DNA of 64,000 bases from Octopus vulgaris (GCA_951406725.2 OX597839.1:29760001-29824000), one strand, 5' to 3'. Positions 44,229-58,975 are shown, counted from the first letter of the stretch. A program made the numbers and translations. Notes: generated from the sequence alone by a model not told the origin.

Positions 44229-46191
44229 TGTATGTATGTATGTATGTATTTATGTATGTATGTATGTATGTATGTATGTATTTATGTATGTATGTATGTA
44301 TTTATGTATGTATTTATGTATGTATGTATGTATGTATGTATGTATGTATGTATTTATTTATTTATGTATGTACGTATGTATGCATGCATGCATGCATGTA
44401 TGTATGTATGTATGTATGTATGTATATATGTATGTATTTATGTATGTATGTATGTATGTATGTATGTATGTATGTATGTATATATGTATGTATTTATGTA
44501 TGTATGTATGTATGTATGTATGTATGCATGCATGCATGCATGTATGTATGTATTTATGTATGTATGTATGTATGTATGTATTTATGTATGTATGTATGTA
44601 TGTATGTATTTATGTATGTATGTATGTATTTATTTATTTATGTATGTACGTATGTATGCATGCATGCATGCATGTATGTATGTATGTATTTATGTATGTA
44701 TGTATGTATGTATGTATGTATTTATGTATGTATGTATCTATGTATGTATGCATGCATGCATGCATGTATGTATGTATGTATTTATGTATGTATGTATGTA
44801 TGTATGTATTTATGTATGTATGTATGTATGTATGTATTTATTATGTATGTATGTATGTATGTATGTATGTATGTATTTATGTATGTATGTATGTATGTAT
44901 GTATGTATTTATGTATGTATGTATTTATGTATGTATGTATGTATGTATGTATGTATGTATGTATTTATGTATGTATGTATTTATGTATGTATTTATGTAT
45001 GTATGTATTTATGTATTTATGTATGTATGTATGTATGTATGTATGTATGTATGTATGTATGTATGTGTGTATGTATGTATGTATGTATGTATGTATGTAT
45101 GTATGTATGTATGTATGTATGTATGTATGTATGTATTTATGTATGTATGTATTTATGTATGTATGTATGTATGTATGTATGTATTTATGTATGTATGTAT
45201 GTATGTATGTATTTATGTATGTATGTATTTATGTATGTATGTATGTATGTATGTATGTATGTATGTATGTATGTACGTATTTATATATGTATGTATGTAT
45301 GTATGTGTGAGTATGTATGTATGTATGTATGTGTGTATGTATGTATGTATGTATGTATGTATGTGTGTATGTATGTATGTATGTATGTCTGTATGTATGT
45401 ATGTATGTATGTGTGTATGTATGTATGTATGTATGTATGTATGTGTGTATGTGTGTATGTATGTATGTATGTATGTGTGTATGTATGTATGTGTGTATGT
45501 GTGTATGTATGTATGTATGTATGTATGTATGTATGTATGTGTGTATGTGTGTATGTGTGTGGTTTTTTATATACTTATATATATGTATATATATATATAT
45601 GTGTGTATATATATATGTATGTATATATGTATGTATGTGTATGTGTATGTATGTGTATGTATGTATATGTATATATATATGTGTATATATGTGTGTATGT
45701 ATGTGTATGTATGTATATATATATATATATATATGTGTGTAGATATATATATATATATGTGTACACTCGTGTGTTTATGTATATGTAAGTATGTAGAGTT
45801 ATGTGTATGTGCATGTATGTATGTATATATACATATGTGTAGATAGGTATATACGTGTATGCTTATATGTATGTTTCCGTCTGTACAAAGGGTAACTGCA
45901 TGTGTATATATATCTATTATTCTTTATTCATTATTTATTACATGAGTATGCGTTTGTATGCATGTATGTATTTATGTATATAAGGAGGCGCGTGAGTGTG
46001 TGTATGTGTATGCACTTGTATAAACATATGTATACATTTATGCATGTATGTGCTTGTGTGTGTTTATATATATATATATATATATGTATGTATATATACA
46101 CACATATATATGTATATATATGTATATATATATATATATGTGTGTGTATGTGTGTGTATATGTGTATGTGTGTATATATGTATATGTATAT

Positions 46192-46239
<48 letters not shown>

Positions 46240-46379
46240 GCTTGTGTGTTTATGTATATGTAGGTATGTAGAGTTATGTGTGTATGTATGTATGTATATA
46301 TACATATGTGTAAATAGGTATATATGGGTATGTTTATATGTATGTATCCGTCTGTATAATGGGTAACTGCACGTATATA

Positions 46380-46417
<38 letters not shown>

Positions 46418-46596
46418 TGAGTATGTATGTATGTATATATGTATATGCCTGTATGCATGTATGTATTTATGAATATAAGGAGGCGCGTGTGTGTGTGGAT
46501 GTGTATGCATATGTATAGACATATGTATACATTTATGCATGTATGTACTTATGTGTATATATAGATGCGCGCGTGTGTGTGTGTGTATGTGTACGC

Positions 46597-46652
<56 letters not shown>

Positions 46653-47380
46653 GTATATATATATGTGTGTGTAAGTGTATATATGTATGAATGTATATGT
46701 GTATGTATATGTACATGTATATATATGTATATGTATATATATGTATATGTGTATGTATATGTATGTATGTGTATGTATGTGTATATGTATTTGTGTATAT
46801 ATATTAATTAGTATATGTATGGACTAGTTTTCTGTGGGTGTGTTGAGGTATGTATGTGTATGCGTGTATGTGAATATACGTGAATGTATGTAGACGTATG
46901 CGTGTATGAATAAAAGACGTGCGTGTGTGTATGTGTATGTGTGTACGTGTGAGTGTGTGGGCGTGAGTGAGTGCTTGCGTTCGTATCAGTAAGTAGATAG
47001 ATAAACGGAATCTTTAGATCATCCCTTGAGACCGGCTGAACTCGGTCAAGATAAAAATAAAGATATAAACAAAAGTAGTAATAATAAAATTAAAATAAGA
47101 GAATAAAAATGTGTGTGTATGTGTGTGCATGTATATGCATTTGTATAGGTGCGAGTGTGTATACATATATGTATGTATATGTATGTATAGGTGTATCTGT
47201 GTGTACGTTCATGGGTATGTGTATGTATATGTATATATATGTATATGTATATGTATATGTATGTGTATGTATGTGTATATATATATGTATGTATATGTGG
47301 GTATGTATGTATATGTATAGATATATGTGAATATGTGGGTGTATATATGTGTATATATATATATATATATGTAGATGTAC
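44060..47380. repeat. Giant (TATG)n / (TA)/(TG) microsatellite field
   Basis: About 1.5 kb of near-pure (TATG)n followed by a degenerate field with a ~480-bp internal duplication (~45720-46040 vs ~46190-46550). Confidence 0.95.
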
Positions 47381-47601
47381 AAGTGAGAGTCTCCTTACTT
47401 ACCTAAAACTCTATTTTTCTATTTATTTTTTTATTCTTTTCTTTTATTTTATTTATTCTTTTATCTACTTTACCACCGATTCCTTTGACCACTCCCCTAA
47501 TAATGACAGTTTTGCGCCATACCTACCCCCAAAAATGTCCCCCACCACCACCCATTTAAACCTGCCTAAATGTATAAATGCCAAAACAACTCTTGTCTAC
47601 T

Positions 47602-47652
47602 AGCTTCCTGATGATTTCTTTTGAATGAAACAGTTCTAGTCCTGTAGAAGCT
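47602..47652 (+). ncRNA. Type I hammerhead motif with 4-bp stem III
   Basis: AGCTTC CTGATGA TTTC-TTTT-GAAT GAAA CAG-TTCTAGTC-CTG TA GAAGCT, followed by AATAAA. Confidence 0.78.
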
Positions 47653-47734
47653 CCTTCTATATAATAAATTAATTTACTCTGCTATGTATTGAGTACCTTA
47701 TTTACTGTGGTTAACCCCGACTCAACCCGGGACC

Positions 47735-47781
<47 letters not shown>

Positions 47782-47867
47782 TTAGAGACAAAACCACTAT
47801 TATGCAAATCAAACAAAGAAAGACTTAATCCAATACATAAATTGGGATTTATTCCCTAATATTTATT

Positions 47868-47936
<69 letters not shown>

Positions 47937-47960
47937 TATATATATATCGTATATATATAT

Positions 47961-48011
<51 letters not shown>

Positions 48012-48290
48012 AACAAAGGGTAAAATTAATTAATTAACTAGTAATCAATAATTTCACCAAGTAGAATTCGGTATGAAAAATGAACATTTCTCGGTAAACT
48101 TTAGTAATATCTTATAATTAGGATTCATCAAAGATTTGCTTTACCACATACCGAAGTTTAGAAATAGCAGCCAAAGAACCTTAGCTATTTCTTCTACTTT
48201 AAAAAGAGACTTCCGGACAAAAACAAAGTACTCGAAAACAATCCACGCAGTCAAAGAGGAAAAATAACGAAATCAATCGATATTTGGTGA

Positions 48291-48373
48291 CCCATGGACG
48301 CGTTTCGGAATTAGATCGGTATAAAGAATGTAGAATTCATACTTTACCCAAACATTTTCCTCTTCAGCATGGG
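48291..48373 (-). ncRNA. Canonical type I hammerhead motif
   Basis: CCCATG CTGAAGA GGAA..TTCC GAAA CGCG TC CATGGG. Stem I is 6 bp, stem III is the palindrome ACGCGT, and the site is GUC. Confidence 0.88.
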
Positions 48374-49765
48374 ACTTCACAATATTAAATCCGAAATCAC
48401 TGGAAGAATTGAATATACCTCTTCAACTAACAGTATCAGACACATCATATTCAACGTCCAGTACCGCCGAATTCAAAATATACGAATCTTTGGTTGCTAT
48501 TTCTAAACTTCGGTATAATATATATATATATATATATATATGCGCGTTTATGTCGCCGTGTTTGTGTGTGTCAACATGTAAGTGCTTCTATGTATATCCG
48601 TGTATATGTCTCCATATTTATAATATATATGGTATGTGGGCGATCATCTTAGAATTTTAATGTAACTGTTTTCATGTTAGTATGTGTATTTGTGGATGTC
48701 GATGCGTGCGGAGTTTTGAGGTTTTTATCGGGGAAACGGACGAATCAATTAAAAAATATAGGCCTTCTTTCCGAATTTTATCTTTCTGCTACTGACACCA
48801 TACAAGTCTTTGAGTGATTAATTACAATTCAACAGCCGGGGTTGTCAATAATTTTTGTCTATGGACCCCATTGAGTACTATTTTGTTCTGGTGGGCCCCG
48901 TAAACATTCCATGTTTAAGAACTAGTTTTATAGGATTTCCTTTCAAGATTCTACCTTTATCTTCGCACATGAACTTGTGTAGGTTGTTCTATGTAAAATG
49001 TCAGAGAAATAAACCTGGCTCTTTCTTGTAATATGTACAAATGCATACATCTAACGCAACATTTTTGTTACTCAACTTTAAAATGCTACTATTTTGTTAC
49101 GTGGATCCCCAAACATCTTATATGGATTCTCAGGGGCCAAGTGAACACGACCGAAACTCCCCCGTTCTACAGGCTATACTTTGGTCTTTAAGATTAACTC
49201 CTACAGATTTACGTTAACTTCAATTTGGCTTTCTTCTAAATCTTTTTATTAAGATTTATTTTCTTAAAACTAGGAGTAGATATCAAGTGAAAATAATAAG
49301 TTATTGGTCTCTTTACAAATTAAGGTAGGGGTGTGTAGCTTAGTGGTAAGGGTGTCAGCATCATGATCGTAAGATTGTGGTTTCGATTCCTGGACCGGGA
49401 GACGCGTTGTGCTCTTGAGCAAAACACTTCATTTCACGTTGCTCCAGTCCACTCAGCTGGCAAAAATGAGTAACGCTGCGATGGACTGGCGTCCCGTCCA
49501 GCTGGGTAGCACATACGCCATTGAAACCAGGAAACCGGGCCCATGAGCCTGGCCAGGCTTTAAAAGGGGGCATTTATTTATTATACTATATTATACATAT
49601 TAAGACATATCCAAATGAACCCATCCCAAAAACGTTCCTTTGGTCGAAGCTGCCTTCAAATCATGAAATCTGAGGAAACGAATAGGGTACAGGATTATTA
49701 CACGTTTCCATATATGATATATCGTTTATTACATAAGATTCTACGTCTTATGTGATGAAAGTAGC

Positions 49766-50646
49766 ACATACATACATACATACATACATACATACATACA
49801 TACATACATACATGCATATAGGTATGCATACATACATACATACATACATACATACATACATACATACATACATACATACATACATACATGCATATAGGTA
49901 TGCATACATACATACATACATACATACATACATACATACATACATGCATATAGGTATGCATACATACATACATACATACATACATACATACATACATACA
50001 TACATACATGCATATAGGTATGCATACATACATACATGCATATAGGTATGCATACATACATACATACATACATACATACATACATGCATATAGGTATGCA
50101 TACATACATGTACATACATACATACATACGCACATCACATACCTACATACATACATACATACATCATACATACATACATACATATATACATACATGCAAA
50201 CATACGCACATACATACATACATACATATATACGCACATACATATATACATACATACACCCATACATACATACATATACACATACATACATACATACATA
50301 CATACATACATACATACATGCATATAGGTATGCACACATACATGTACACACATGTATATATACGCATATCACATACCTACATACATACATCATACCTACA
50401 TACATACATACATACCTACATACATACATACATACATACATACATACATACATACATACATACATACATACACACATATAGTTATGCACACATACATGTA
50501 CACACATACATACATACGCACATACATACATACATATATACATACATATATACATACATGCAAACATACGCACATACTTACATACATACGCACATACATA
50601 CATACATACATACATACATACATACATACATACATACATACATACA

Positions 50647-50677
<31 letters not shown>
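49766..50677. repeat. (TACA)n microsatellite with periodic TGCATATAGGTATGCA interruptions
   Basis: Read directly. Confidence 0.95.
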
Positions 50678-50716
50678 CATGAACTAACTGTTACTTTCTC
50701 AGATGCAGCACGAAGC

Positions 50717-50767
50717 TTTGTCAGTGAACAGGTCGCGGTCTGAAAGCGACGAAAACATTTTGACAAA
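50717..50767 (+). ncRNA. G3-C8 hammerhead motif, copy 2
   Basis: TTTGTCA GTGAACA G GTCGC-GGTCTGAAA-GCGAC GAAA ACAT TT TGACAAA. Confidence 0.72.
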
Positions 50768-51662
50768 TTACATTTAAATGTTGATGTGAATCTAACGGTT
50801 TTTGTGTGTTTCTTAAATAGCTTACAAACACCTTCCACGCTGCAATTGTATCGTTTTACAGAAACATTTGAAATTGGAAATTGTTTTCTCCTTTTCTCAT
50901 TTAACTTGTTACATTTATTTATTCACCCTTCGAGGCTTATATAGTATTTCGTCTGTCATTACGTTCTGAATTCAAATTCCACCGAGGTCGACTTTGCTTT
51001 TCATCCTTTCGAGGTCGATAAATAAAGTACCAATTTCGCACTGGGGTCGATGTAATCGACTTAATCCGTTTGTCTGTCCTTGTTTGTCCCCTCTATGTTT
51101 AGCCCCTTGTGGGCAGTAAAGAAATAGGTATTTAACATTAGCATAGGCGCAGGAGTGTCTGTGTGGTAAGTAGCTTGCTTACCAACCACATGGTTCCGGG
51201 TTCAGTCCCACTGCGTGACATCTTGGGCAAGTGTCTTCTGCTATAGCCCTGGGCCGACCAATGCCTTATGAGTGGATTTGGTAGACGGAAACTGAAAGAA
51301 GCCTGTCGTATATATGTATATATATGTATATGTGTGTGTGTGTTTCTGTTTGTTCCCCAAGCATTGCTTGACAACCGATGCTGGTGTGTTTACGTCCCTG
51401 TCACTTAGCGGTTCGGCAAAAGAGACCGATAGAATAAGTACTGGGCTTACAAAGAATAAGTCCCGGGGTCGATTTGCTCGGCTAAAGGCGGTGCTCCAGC
51501 ATGGCCGCAGTCAAATGACTGAAACAAGTAAAAGAGTAAAAGAGAGAGTATACAGTTGACTGGTGCTCCAATTTATATCAATCCAAGTTGTACGGATGCT
51601 ATCCAAGACCTGGCATGATGTGCTAATGAGGTGACAATGAGGTTTATAATTTTCCCCTTCAG

Positions 51663-51743
<81 letters not shown>

Positions 51744-51829
51744 GCCTGTCTATCTGTCTGTCTGTCTGACTGTCTGCCTGTCTATCTTTCTATAAATCTA
51801 TCTAGCTATCTGTCTGCCTACCTGTCTGC

Positions 51830-51917
<88 letters not shown>

Positions 51918-53464
51918 TTATCTACCTATAACTACGCGTGTGAACGCACGTGTGTGTGCGTATGTATGTCTGTGTACCTGTGTGTGTATGTCCGACGGCC
52001 TTCTCTCAGTTACTGTTTTCGAAATTACCCTCACAGGGTTCTCCTCGGCCGGTGATTATAACAGAAGACATTTGGCGAAGGTGACGAGCAGTGGGACTGA
52101 ACCTATGTGATTGGGAAGCAAGCTTCTCTCCACACAGCGACGCCTTCAACTGCAACAATGCCGGATCTCTTACTAATTCTATCGTTATTTTGAATGAATC
52201 TCCCGATATTGAACTCATTAAGTCACATGATACAAAGCCATACCCGTAATGAATAACTGAAACCATATATAGGTAGCGCGGTATTCGCCCAGCGAAATGC
52301 GTAGCCGTATTTCGTCTGCCGCTACGTCCTGAGTTTAAATTCCGCCGAGGTCGACTTTGCCTTTCATCTTTTCGGGGTAGATAAATTAAGCCCCAGTTAC
52401 GCACTGGGGTCGATATAATCGACTTAATCCGTTTGTCTGTCCTTGTTGTCCTCTCTGTGTTTAGCCCCTTGTGGGTAGTAAAGAAATAGGTATTTCGTCT
52501 GTCTTTACGTTCTGTGTTCAAATTCCGCCGATGTCAACTTTGCCTTTCATCCTTTCGGGGTAGATAAATTAAGTCCCAGTTACGCACTGGGGTTGACGTA
52601 ATCGACTTAATCTGTTTGTCTGTCCTTGTTTGTCTCCTCTGTGTTTAGCCCCTTGTGGGTAGTAAAGAAATAGGTATTGAGTACTACATTCATTCCACGT
52701 TTGCTGTCGTTGATGGAAGTAGGCACACACACTCATACATACACACAGAAGCAAAGACACATTCTAACTCATTACAAACACACTACAACCATACCACAGC
52801 ATCCAGCCCCACCATTACAAATACTGCCACCACCATCATCAGTACAACCACAGCCACAGCCATCACATCCGCTACCATCAACACTTCAATCACTCCCAAC
52901 TTGCCAGCAACAGCAACAGTGGAGGCACAATGGACCAAGGGTTAGGGCAGCGGACTCGCGGTCGGAGGATCGCGGTTTCGATTCCCAGACCGGGCATTGT
53001 GTGTGTTTATTGAGCGAAAATACCTAAAGCTCCACGAGGCTCCAGCAGGGGGTGGTGGCGACCCTTGTTGTACTCTTTCGTTCCAACATTCTCTCACTCT
53101 TTCTTCCTGTTTCTTGTCCCCGACTTCCTACGCAACCGCTGAGCCTAGATGCGCATTCATCCATCCGTCGACGTTCTCGGTGTCGCGGGTTGACCTGCTT
53201 TCTCTTTTGCGGGTCTTACGAATAGCAAAGGACCACGTTTCGGACTTCTCCCACTAATGGAACGAAGACCGCTTCGCTCATCAGCATCAGAAACAGCAGT
53301 TCAAGAATTTGGACCTGGAGATCTCCATTTCCAGCGACTTCGAGGGCCACCTCCCAGTGGTGTCGGGCGACAACGAGGAACCCTCGGCCACAACAACACG
53401 ACCAAAGTTTCCCGCCGCTAAGCCCTAGACCATCACCTAATTACCCTAACCCGTCATGTTGCTT

Positions 53465-53618
<154 letters not shown>

Positions 53619-53914
53619 GCGTCAAGACTGACTAGAAATGAATGAGTTAAGAACAGATTTCTTTTGTTCAACAACTTATGAAGGAAGTCTGTCTGCACGG
53701 GTATTGTGAGCTGGAGACGTGGTGACAATGGAAGCTCGAAGTGTTGCATTTCTTCTCATGGGGAAACAATGATAGGCTTAATAGAATAATGGAAAGGCAA
53801 ACAAATTGGCAAGGAAAAAACAACAAAGAAAATTTGAAAAGGACGAAGATTTAAAGGAAAAGTGAAATATACGAGAGAGTGAGGGAGAGATAGAAAGAGT
53901 CAATATTTACATAC

Positions 53915-54664
53915 ATTTTTTTTATTGCCCACAAGGGGCTAAACATAGAGGGGACAAACAGGGACAGACAAACGGATTAAGTCGATTACATCGACCCCAG
54001 TGCGTAACTGGTACTTAATCTATCGACCCCGAAGGGATGAAAGGCAAAGTCGACCTCGGCGGAATTTGAACTCAGAACGTAGCGGCAGACGAAATACCTA
54101 TTTCTTTACTACCCACAAGGGGCTAAACACAGAGGACAAACAAGGACAGACAAACGGATTAAGTCGATTATATCGACCCCTGTGCGTAACTGGTACTTAA
54201 TCTATCGACCTCGAAAGGATGAAAGGCAAAGTCGACCTCGGCGGAATTTGAACTCAGAACGTAGCGGCAGACGAAATACCTATTTCTTAACTACCCACAA
54301 GGGGCTAAACACAGAGAGGACAAACAAGGACAGACAAACGGATTAAGTCGATTATATCGACCCCTGTGCGTAACTGGTACTTAATCTATCGACCTCGAAA
54401 GGATGAAAGGCAAAGTCGACCTCGGCGGAATTTGAACTCAGAACGTAGCGGCAGACGAAATACCTATTTCTTTACTACCCACAAGGGGCTAAACACAGAG
54501 GACAAACAAGGACAGACAAATGGATTAAGTCGATTATATCGACCCCTGTGCGTAACTGGTACTTAATCTATCGACCTCGAAAGGATGAAAGGCAAAGTCG
54601 ACCTCGGCGGAATTTGAACTTAGAACGTAGCGGCATACGAAATACCTATTTCTTTACTACCCAC
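53915..54664 (-). repeat. Tandem array of ~183-bp SINE family A 3' units (~4 copies)
   Basis: The unit ..CCCACAAGGGGCTAAACACAGAG..GAACTCAGAACGTAGCGGCAGACGAAATACCTATTTC repeats head to tail. Confidence 0.92.
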
Positions 54665-55138
54665 TCTTTATAAGGGCTGATAGGAGCTAAAACTACGTTA
54701 CTTAAGGAATTTTTGAAACCCACTTTCGGTAATATATTGTTATAGACAATAAGATATTAAGTTGTGCAACTGAAATTATTGAGGTTAATTATCGAGTACA
54801 TTCAGACATTTAGAGTCACATGACAGTAGAGTCACATGACCTGATTACATGAATAAATATGATAGAAATATGTTACAAAAAGAAAATAGAAACTATATGT
54901 GGTAATGTAAGGGGAAAGTAAGAAAAATACACGAAAATGCACATCGTAAATCAAAAAAAGTAAAGGCTTTTTATGCAAAGTAAAGAAAGATGTATACAAT
55001 TAGATGAACTGAGGTCGGAATAAAAGTAATAAAAGTCATTATTGGGAATTGTTAAAGAGATTCAAGCATACCGGTTTTGTAAGTTACTAATCATTGCTTT
55101 GCATGCACGCCGTATATATATATATATATATATATATA

Positions 55139-55654
55139 TGCAATAATAATTCTCTAAACGAGATATAGACAGTAACTGCTCCATCACATAAGGGACATTA
55201 GCCATTTGAATGTGGCTAGGGACAGGGCAGGGCGGTGGGGGTGTTACTGATGCATTTAGCCCCAGGCGATCATCAACGTCACCAGGTCCCTTATGTGATG
55301 GAGCAGTTACTGTCTATATCTCGTTTAGAGAATTATTATTGCTGTCGAACAGATTTTCGAAATCAGTAAATGTATTTACGTGAAAATCTATATATAAATA
55401 TCCTGCACAGGAAGTTGTTCGTCGAAGAGCGGTGCCTGCCATACGTTGACGATAGGCAAATACCTTGAAACCTCGGTCCGTATGTGGCATCCGCTTCTTC
55501 GGGGAATGATCTCCCCTTTGCAGGATAGAGGACACCGTGATGGTGTCAGCCTATCTGGTGACGTTGATGATCGCCTGGGGCTAAATGCATCAGTAACACC
55601 CCCACCGCCCTGCCCTGTCCCTAGCAACATTCAAATGGCTAATGTCTCTTATGT

Positions 55655-55657
<3 letters not shown>
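55139..55657. repeat. Nested inverted element A-B-A'...B' between (TA)n tracts
   Basis: 55139-55196 is inverted at 55286-55342, and 55197-55285 is inverted at ~55556-55645. Confidence 0.88.
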
Positions 55658-55698
<41 letters not shown>

Positions 55699-55702
55699 TA
55701 TA

Positions 55703-55748
<46 letters not shown>

Positions 55749-55755
<7 letters not shown>

Positions 55756-55806
55756 AATGAAGGATAAAATTTTTTTCGAAAAAAATTTTATCCTTCATTA
55801 GATATA
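55749..55806. repeat. 58-bp perfect palindrome with no spacer
   Basis: TATATCTAATGAAGGATAAAATTTTTTTC|GAAAAAAATTTTATCCTTCATTAGATATA. Confidence 0.92.
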
Positions 55807-55991
55807 AATTTAAGCGTTCACTTCCGGTCTCTTTCACTCTGTGAGTGCATTAGTTCAAATCGCACGTGTCTCGAATGGGCTGGAGTATTTCTATTTTGGA
55901 TGTATTTGGGGTACTTAATTGTGCTCATGACTTAGTGTTTGCTTCTTCCATGGGTATGAGTAAGTATCTCATTTATTTCTTTTGCCACATG

Positions 55992-56045
55992 TATCACTGA
56001 CGAAGGGAGGGCTGTTATAAGCTAACCCTGAAATCGGTCCGATAT
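55992..56045 (+). ncRNA. Type I hammerhead motif, slightly degenerate
   Basis: TATCA CTGACGA AGGG..CCCT GAAA TCGG TC CGATA. Confidence 0.65.
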
Positions 56046-56948
56046 GGTAATAATGGAATGTTTTAGAAATTTCTGTCGAACTTTTTTCGAGTAGCGTGCA
56101 TATTGTGAAAAAATTATATGGTTAATGGACAATATGTCCAATTATTCGGCATATCTGGCATTAGAAATTTTTTCGTTTGCCCTAAATTATGAATTATATA
56201 TATATATATATGGAAAAAGTCAAGATAGAAAATACTAAAATCATTTTATAAAAAGAGTTCAGTACCGGTTTATGTCATTGAGAGTCTTTTTTTTGGAAAA
56301 ATTAAAAGAAAAGTTTTTAAAAGAATATTTGCAGTGTTCAAATACAAGTGGCATTTTCCTTGTTTCTGCCTGTCTCTGTCTCTCTTCTTTACTCACGTAT
56401 ATATATGTTATATGTATTATGTATGTGTGTATGCATGTATGTTAACTCGCGTGGCCTAGTGATTAGCGTGTTGCACTCAGGATCGACAGATCGTGGGTTC
56501 CATTCACAGAGTCGACGGTGCGTTGTATCTTTGAGCAAGATAGTTCATATCACGTTTCTCAACTCCCTCTTCCGATCAGGGGGGAATATTGGCTTGCTCG
56601 CCCCTAATTAGCGGGGTGGCCTCATTTGAAGGATAAAACGATTCAAAAAGCGCATTATAACCAGCTAAGTGTAACAATATTTGATAACATGCTCGGTTAG
56701 GTGATCCGTGAATATATACAAATATATATAGCCACTCCATTACCCCTTTCTCTGTGTTGCTATCACATTTTTATTAAATCTTTATTCTTTTGCTATTTTC
56801 TTTGATGTTCTGTCCTCTCTGTGGGAACCTCTTCTCATTCTATTAATCTAATAACTCTCCCATTCTTCATGTCCTGCAGTAATTGTTCAGACTTCCATTT
56901 TCACCATGTCACAATGACCTGTACAGACACATTCACTTTAATAGACAA

Positions 56949-57010
<62 letters not shown>

Positions 57011-57147
57011 CGGAGATGTACTTGCATAGCAAGTGACTTGATTTGAGATCGTGTGCTGGAACGAAAACAATTGCAGCGTGGAAGGTGTTTATAAGCCATT
57101 TAAGAAACACACAAAACCGTTAGAATCATTTCAACATTTAAATTTAA

Positions 57148-57198
57148 TTTCTCAAAATATTTTCGTCGCTTTGAGACCGCGACCTGTTCACGGACAAA
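57148..57198 (-). ncRNA. G3-C8 hammerhead motif, copy 3
   Basis: TTTGTCC GTGAACA G GTCGC-GGTCTCAAA-GCGAC GAAA ATAT TT TGAGAAA. The element continues to a 3' end at (TA)n near 57008. Confidence 0.65.
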
Positions 57199-57259
57199 GC
57201 TTCACACGCACATATATATATATATATACATATATGTATATATATTATATATATGTATA

Positions 57260-57298
<39 letters not shown>

Positions 57299-57326
57299 AG
57301 AAAAAACAACAAAAATGGATCAGTAT

Positions 57327-57414
57327 TTCGGTACAATTGTTTCATACGAAGACCAGCTTTATTAAGGCTGCAAATATTGCAGCAAATACAAGTGACCCGT
57401 ACTCATCAGCCAAA
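57327..57414 (-). ncRNA. Type I hammerhead motif with extended structured stem II
   Basis: TTTGG CTGATGA GTACG..CGTAT GAAA CAATTG TA CCGAA. Stem III is the palindrome ACAATTGT, and there is an inner hairpin GCTGCAA-TAT-TTGCAGC. Confidence 0.85.
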
Positions 57415-58690
57415 CACACATCTGAGTTCTCCAAACATCTAAGGGGGTGAGGCTACACTCATGAAACATCAGGGATAGTTCTATAAAAATCAGATTTAGA
57501 TAATAAACGGACTTCCAAAGTTCTCTAATGTTGCACAGTCATATAACAGGTCTTAAAAAAGTATTTTAAAAAACCTGTTAGTTTCACAGAAAATGAAAAT
57601 GTAAATCCATCCCTAATGAAGTAGGTTTGATTTCTGGAGATATGAGGAGAAATTTCATACTCACAGACGATGAATTTATCCATAATTGGTCCATAATAAA
57701 GTGGGTATAGTTTCCTGATGTATGATGATATAATGGTTACCCTTCTGTTCATTTCTCAAAACTGCTATGTTAGAATTCTATTAGTTGAAGGAAATTTAGT
57801 GGAGCGTAGAGACAATCACTCACATAGGGTATTATGGGGTAACTGAGAGGAAAAGCGGTTGTAAATACCCAACTACACAGAATAGTCTATTTCAGTGGAG
57901 ACAGACAGACTGGTTCAGAATTTGTATGAATCTAAGAGTTATAAAGAGGAACGCTATTCTTGACCAGTATACAGCTGTTAATTGCCAATCCGACAGAGCA
58001 AAAGCAGATATAAGAATATAAAGAGGACACGGGAAAGTAATGGCGGGTCAAAGGTTATCACTATAGGAAAAAACATTAACAGATTTCAGTGCAACGCTAG
58101 AAAGGAGGTCATTTAATTTATTTCTTTATTTATTATTGTTACTATTTATACAATGGCAGACTTTGGGTCTATACTTAGAGGTCAAAAAAAAAAAAAAAGA
58201 ATTGAGAATATTATTTTTCATAATGAAAAATCGTTATATTATTTTTATGGGATTAGCATTATTTACTTATAGTATATAAAAGAATTACGAAGTCTTATTA
58301 ACTTATTTGCTTTAAGTTGACTTACCTAAATTAGACTAAAAATTAGAATAACTTAATTTAAATTACCTATATAATCTATTAGAATGAAAATTTTTTTGGC
58401 AACTAATTCATTTCTTTATGTTCCAAATTTGGTACAGTTAGAGAGAAATAACCATAGCTTAAGAGCTCGCAGCTTTCTATTTAAAATATATTAGAGTATT
58501 GTTTTATTACTATAAGCAAGATAGACAAATCACAATATGATTTTTATATACGATTATCATTTAAAATATTTTAGAGTCTTAATTCTTGCGTGAATACAAG
58601 AGGTACCCAATTCTATACGGTTATTTAACAAGTCACCATTTCTTCTATTTCAAATGTTTCCATATATATATTTATTCACACACACACACA

Positions 58691-58769
<79 letters not shown>

Positions 58770-58975
58770 TGTATTTGTATTTGGTTTGCAAGATTCTTGA
58801 TGTGAATTCTTGTGTTGAAAGAAATAGAATTGAACCTTGGGATGGGCATTTTGTCGGTAATAATAAACACACACACTGGTTCGGTTCTTCATTGTTATTG
58901 TTAGATAATGGGTTAGTTACTCCGTTAACCAGTTTATCAACCAGTCGTTTTCTACTAGGTTTTCAAACTCATATG

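Noticed and set aside
44022-45846. Long ORFs (up to 588 aa) of MYVC repeats, and similar YI/HT/poly-I/poly-N ORFs elsewhere (17225-19602, 49698-50743)
   Set aside because: They are translations of stop-free microsatellites with no coding signal.
52655-52945. Thr-rich mucin-like ORF
   Set aside because: It starts and ends in SINEs, is low-complexity CA-rich sequence, and shows no splice support.
53915-54664. Regularly spaced repeats resembling a CRISPR array
   Set aside because: There are no unique spacers. These are whole ~183-bp SINE units in eukaryotic DNA with no cas genes.
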